From the human T2T-CHM13v2.0 reference genome, Homo sapiens: a stretch of DNA of 64,000 bases. A program made the translations under genes and the position numbers. The stretch is taken from contig CP068257.2 of NCBI GenBank assembly GCA_009914755.4, forward strand, positions 31,136,001 through 31,200,000. The letters are read 5' to 3'. The notes under the pieces are model-generated. The model was not told where the DNA came from, ran no database searches, and saw only the letters and a program-made list of their open reading frames with translations. Positions 57,757-64,000 of this stretch are shown here, piece after piece. Positions within the stretch are counted from its first letter, which is position 1; each line of letters begins with the position of its first letter.

Positions 57757-59299
57757 CTACCCCTTGTGTGACTTGCTCAAAATAATGTTATTACAAACTC
57801 ATGGAATATTACTGGCTTTAGGCGATGACACAGTTGCAGTAATGTTCTGATTTGATTATTCAGAAATGAAATTTATGGTTTAAATTTCATCCAGGATTTA
57901 TAGAATTTAAAAAAGTTATTCTTCAGTATTTGAAATACCACTTTGCCAAAGCAGAAAAGCCATAAATGTGTTAAACTGGCTAAGAAAATTAAGATGGCAG
58001 TAATACATTTTCTAATAAAAATCATAGCATAATAGCAAAATTACTGCGGAAAACCACAGTTATTGTGGCAAAGACATAAAATGTTACAGCTGCAATAATA
58101 TGCTATTTGTTTTGGCAGGAGAATAAGAATACTGTACATTGCAGTTTTTCAATATTGGAAAAACATAAGAAAATACTATAAACTTAAAAGACTATTTTTT
58201 AAAAATGAAGAAGTGCATGAATGATTTTAAATTTTGAGCATATAAAAGAGTCTTGCTGCAAAGTCTATTGAACTCCTGAGAAGACTCTGTTTTGCTGTTT
58301 CTGATTTGCCAGTATCCTACCAGAAAACTATGCCTCCCAATAGAAAAAGAACACATAATCCTGTCTGTATTTGAGGGTTCAAGCCTGGAGATTCCGCCCC
58401 CTTGGTCGGTTGATTTTTATTGGAAACCCAAGATGCACCTGCCTGTGGAATGCATTTCAGAATGTGGAAGTACAGCAGGAAGAAAGCAGACAAGAACACA
58501 ATCCCATGGTATTCTTGGTTAGGGACAGCTTGGGGGTCAGTGGGGGAGACATACACAGATTAAATGATTAATAGAGTAATTCAGCTTATTTACATTAGTC
58601 TGGTTTTTTACATGAGGGGCTCACAAATTCTTAATTTGTCCTTTCTTTATTATATTTTTCTTTTTTGCTATCTTTCAATATTGATTATCCATTTCTTCCC
58701 TTAATTACTAGACTTTCTGAACTTTTAAAAACATATATCTTCCAACTGGAAAGTATCTGTCCCTTATAACAACTACCAGTACTACTCATAAAACAACAAA
58801 AACCCATATAGCACTTAATAAGTGTCAGTCAGTATTTTAAACAGTTTATGCATATTATTCATTTAATCCTCTCAATGACCCTGTGAGAAGGTGCCATTAT
58901 TCTCCTTATTTTTCATACGTGGAAAGTAAAGAGTAGGGAGAAACTGTCCAAGCTCACACAGCTAGTAAGTCATAGAGCTGAGACTGGAACCCAGATAGCC
59001 TGGCCCCAGAGTCCTTCACTATTCTGAATTTATAAAGATATTTTTGATATTTTCTTCCCAAAGTTTTAAAGCTTTCCTTTTCACATTGGAGTTTTAAATC
59101 TATCTATAATTAATTTTGAGTATGGCATGATTTAGGTATAACTTTTTATATGAAAAACTAATTTTCCCAGTTCTATTTATTGATATGCAAATATAAAATG
59201 TCTCTCTTTCTCTCTCTATATATATATCTGAGGTTGTTTTTGAGTGCTTTATATTCTTGCTTTGGTCTGAAAATTCACAGGTTGAAATTCTAACTCTTG

Positions 59300-59605
59300 A
59301 GACGATGGTATTAGAAAGCAGGGCCTTTGGAAGGCGATTACGTCATAAGGGTAGAGCCTTCAGGAATGGGACTTAGTGCCCTTAGAAGAAGCTGAGAGAC
59401 CAGCGTTTTCTCTCTTCCATCATGTGAGGACACAGCAAGAAGGCACCATCTATGAACCAGAAAGTGCCCCTCACCAGACATCAAATCTGCTGGCACCTTG
59501 ATCTTGAACTTCCAGCCTTTAGAACCATGAGGAATAAATGTCTGTTTTTATAAGTCATCCAATAGGTGATGTTTTGTTATAGGGCCTGAGTAGTCTTAGA
59601 CAGTT
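59300..59605 (+). mobile_element. MLT1-type MaLR LTR fragment (3' two-thirds)
   Basis: ggtattagaaagcagggcctttggaaggcgattacgtcataagggtagagccttcaggaatgggacttagtgcccttagaagaagctgagagaccag ... acaccatctatgaaccagaaagtgcccctcaccagacatcaaatctgctggcaccttgatcttgaacttccagcctttagaaccatgaggaataaatgtctgtttttataagtcatccaataggtgatgttttgttatagg. Confidence 0.75.
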
Positions 59606-59689
59606 ACAGATGATTCGCTCTCACTGACTGTTGAATATTATTCTAAGTGTGGATATTACACAATTTATTTACCCATTCTACTATTTTAA

Positions 59690-60001
59690 TTTTATTTTTT
59701 TTAATGTTTGAGACAGGATCTTGGTCTGTCACCCAGGCTAGAGTGCAGTGGCACAATCATGGTTCACTGTATCCTCCAACTTCTGGGCTTAAGGGTTCCT
59801 ACCACCTCAACCTCCTGAGTAGCTGGGACTACAAGAATATGCCAACATGCCCAGCTAATTTTTCATCTTTAAAAAAAAATTATTTTGTAGAGTGGGATCT
59901 CACTATGTTGCCCAGGCTAATCTTGAACTCCTGGGCTCAAGCGATCCTTCTGCCTTGGCCTCCTAAAGTGCTGGGATTATAGGCGTGAGCCACTGTACCT
60001 A
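59690..60001 (-). mobile_element. Alu (old, AluJ-like) with a 13-bp TSD cccattctactat
   Basis: The flanks read acccattctactatttt|...gtttgagacaggatcttggtctgtcacccaggctagagtgcagtggcacaatcatggttcactgtatcc ... ggcgtgagccactgtacctag|tcccattctactatagatg. Confidence 0.9.
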
Positions 60002-60570
60002 GTCCCATTCTACTATAGATGGGCATGTGGGTTGTATCCAGTTCTTTTACTATTATAAATAGTGAAGCCATGAACATTCTCCTAAATGTGTTTTGGTGAA
60101 CATGTATATACATTTCTGTTGAGTATACATCCAAGATTGAAATTGCTGGGTCACAGACTACACATATGTTTCTGCTTTAGTAGATGTCGCCTGACAGTTT
60201 TCTAAGGTGGGTGGGCCATTTTACACCCCGACCAGTAGTATATGAGGGTCCCCGTTGTTCCTCACTCTTGCCCACACTTGATAGTGTCTTCTTCCCTTTA
60301 GTCATTCTTGTGTACACAATTGTGGTCCTAGGTGACATTTTCTTGATAACTATTTGAAGGCTATCTTCTTTGTGTGGTGACATAATTGCTCATAATTCTG
60401 CCCATTTTTTTCTTTTGGGTTGTCTGACATTTAATACAAATCGCTTTGTAGGAGTTCGTTATATAATCTGAATGAGTCCTTTGTTGAATACATGTATTTT
60501 AAATATATTCTCCCACTCTGTGGCTTAACTTTTCACTCTTAACACTGTCTTTTGATGAACAAAAGTTTTT

Positions 60571-60869
<299 letters not shown>

Positions 60870-61901
60870 GAAAGTTTTTAATATTAATGTGTTTTAATTT
60901 ACTTATTTTTTCTCTATGATTATCACTTTTTTTGTGTTGGTTAAATAGACCTTTGGCTACTTCAGTTTCATGAAAATATTTTCCCATGCTCTATCACAAA
61001 AGTTTTACTGTTTTATTAAGTTAAACCATATGAAATTACTAATAGTCAACATAAAAAATAGGAGTTTCATATGGTTTAACCCAATACATTTAATCTATGA
61101 TCTGTCTGGAATTGATTTTCATCTTTGGTGTGAGTCAGGGGTCAAGATTTTAAACAAATTTAATTGTCTGATTGTCAATTTCTTATGAATTGGATGACTG
61201 TATATATGTGGGTCTGTTTCTCAACTCACCATTCTGTTCTATTGTTTTTTTTCATTCTTGTACCGATACCTTACTGTCTTGGCCACTAGAGTTTTATGAT
61301 AGGTCTTTTATAAATTTTAATAGCTCCGAAGTGTTCTTCAAGATTGCCTTAGCTACTCTTAGCCCACTATGTTTCCATTTAATTTTAGAATCTCTTGTTT
61401 TAGAATTATTGCTTTATATATATTTAAGTTGACATGTAATAATTGTACACATTTATGGGGCACATAGTGATGTTTTGGTACATATAAAGTATAGTGATCA
61501 GAATAACAAGAATTAGCATATCCATCATTTCAAACATTTATCATTCGTTTGTATGGGGGACATTTGATATCCTCCTTCTAGCTGTTTGAAACCACATATT
61601 ATTTTTGACTACAGTCATCCTACAATGGTATAGAACACTGGAACTTATTCCTCCTTGACGCTATTTTATATGATGCCCTCTACTCTAGAATTGTTGTTCT
61701 AAACAACAGAATGTTAGTTACTCTCTTTTCTAGATAATCAGAATGTTAGTTACCCTCTTTATTGTTATTTTGTCTAAAATTGATGTGGCGATCCTAGATT
61801 TTTTTTTTGGTTCCTATTTGTCTGGTATATCTTTATTCATCACTTTATTCCCTTGTCCTCCATATGTTTTGGATTATCTTTTATAAATAGAATGTAACTG
61901 A

Positions 61902-62197
<296 letters not shown>

Positions 62198-62444
62198 TTT
62201 TTTTTTTTTTTGATGGAGTTTCGCAACCTCTGCCTCCCAGGTTCAAGCTCTTCTCCTGCCTCAGGCTCCCAAGTAGCTGGGATTACAGGCATGTGGCACC
62301 ACGCCTGGCTAATTTTGTATTTTTAGTAGAGACAGGGTTTCTCCATGTTGGTCAGGATGGTCTCGAACTCCTGACTTCAGGTGATCTACCTGCCTTGGCC
62401 TCCCAAAGTGCTGGGATTACAGGCATGAGCCACTGCGCCCAGCC
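62198..62444 (-). mobile_element. Alu with a ~50-bp internal deletion. Direct repeats taactgattttt flank the whole pair 61903-62444.
   Basis: T14 run followed by gatggagtttcgcaacctctgcctcccaggttcaagctcttctcctgcctcaggctcccaagtagctgggattacaggcatgtggcaccacgcctggctaattttgtatttttagtagagacagggtttctcc ... gcatgagccactgcgcccagcc. Confidence 0.85.
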
Positions 62445-62605
62445 AAATATAACTGATTTTTAAATCTAATCTGTTTTTACTGTGGGAATTTGAGCCATTA
62501 ATATTATTATGGTATATTTAGGTTTGTATTTATTATCTTACTCCATCATGAATTTTTTTTATCCCAATCACCTTCTTCATTTTAATTCTAAGCTTTCTGA
62601 GGTTT

Positions 62606-62973
<368 letters not shown>

Positions 62974-63160
62974 TAACATGAGCTTCTGTTCTTCGCCTAT
63001 GGAATCTGACTGAGTCCATGGTGCTGGATTTGGTGAAGCGTTGGACAAAGGAGTCATCCTAGGTACATAAACAAGAGGAAAGTACAAGTGATAATGAGGG
63101 AAACAGCAAGTTCATCATGAACTACAGATAACCTCTACTTTCATTTCTTTTCCTGTCTAG

Positions 63161-63531
<371 letters not shown>

Positions 63532-64000
63532 TGAAGTGCCCAATTGTATTTCTTTAAATTTACTGAAGTACAAAATTTAAGGTAGGAAGAAGATGATAAG
63601 AACTTTTCCCAGGAAAGTTTCAATGTGATCAGCCCAACAGTGAGATGGCTCTGTAAACATCCAATCCATGGTTACACGCCATTAGCTCAAGAAAAGAGAT
63701 GAGAGCGTTGCTATTTCTTCCACTAGATGGCAATGTTTCTCTGCACACCAACCAGACACGCAGGCTCTCCCGCAAGGTAGCTAATGTCCCCTGGGAGGCG
63801 TCCCGGGCTGGCAGCACCTGCTTCCCGACCCAAGGAGCCACCTACGACGTGGTACAGGCTTCTACTTACCTGGAGGAAGGAGAGGTGCTGAGAGTCCCCT
63901 GAGCCTGTGATTAAGAACTAGGGAAGCAAGCGAGTCAAAGAGGAGGGAGGGTATTTCCAGCATGCAAGCCCTTCAGTGAAAATACACCCGAAGCGAATGC

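Overview
The window is human genomic DNA, judged from its dense primate repeats: about 45 Alu copies (roughly 20% of the window), L1 fragments, MaLR LTRs and hAT-type MITEs. I recognise two protein-coding elements, both on the minus strand. One is the first coding exon of PAXBP1 (GCFC1), whose ATG is the complement of 1972-1974 and which lies inside a CpG island at about 1400-2410. The other is a 219-aa single-exon ORF at 23986-24645 that I recognise as C21orf62 (EURL). Together these place the window at chr21q22.11 (PAXBP1 -> C21orf62 -> toward OLIG2), with the given + strand equal to the chromosome + strand. Everything else I could support is repeat-derived (Alu/L1/MaLR/MITE/microsatellite) or anonymous unique intronic and intergenic sequence. 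The ORF track is dominated by Alu-, L1- and simple-repeat-derived pseudo-ORFs. I found no prokaryotic-style gene cluster, CRISPR array, tRNA or rRNA, and nothing I could defend as a new coding system. The observations most worth a second look are listed here. (1) The bidirectional CpG-island promoter carries a 60-bp (GA)n tract and a template-strand G4 motif. (2) The C21orf62 CDS has a predicted signal peptide, five N-glycosylation sequons and an overlapping out-of-frame uORF. (3) A ~1.04-kb segment (MaLR LTR plus MER30-like MITE plus ~110 bp of flank) is present twice in direct orientation 37.8 kb apart, bracketing the C21orf62 locus. (4) A ~1-kb unit at 19902-20967 is bounded by 70-bp direct repeats, about where the C21orf62 3' end should fall. 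(5) A candidate first exon and promoter of C21orf62 lies near 43823-44100. (6) One Alu is split by a 315-bp insertion. (7) Three AluY copies have intact target-site duplications. (8) Two long polypurine/polypyrimidine and (GT)n tracts sit in introns. All coordinates of repeats are read by eye and are approximate to about 10 bp.
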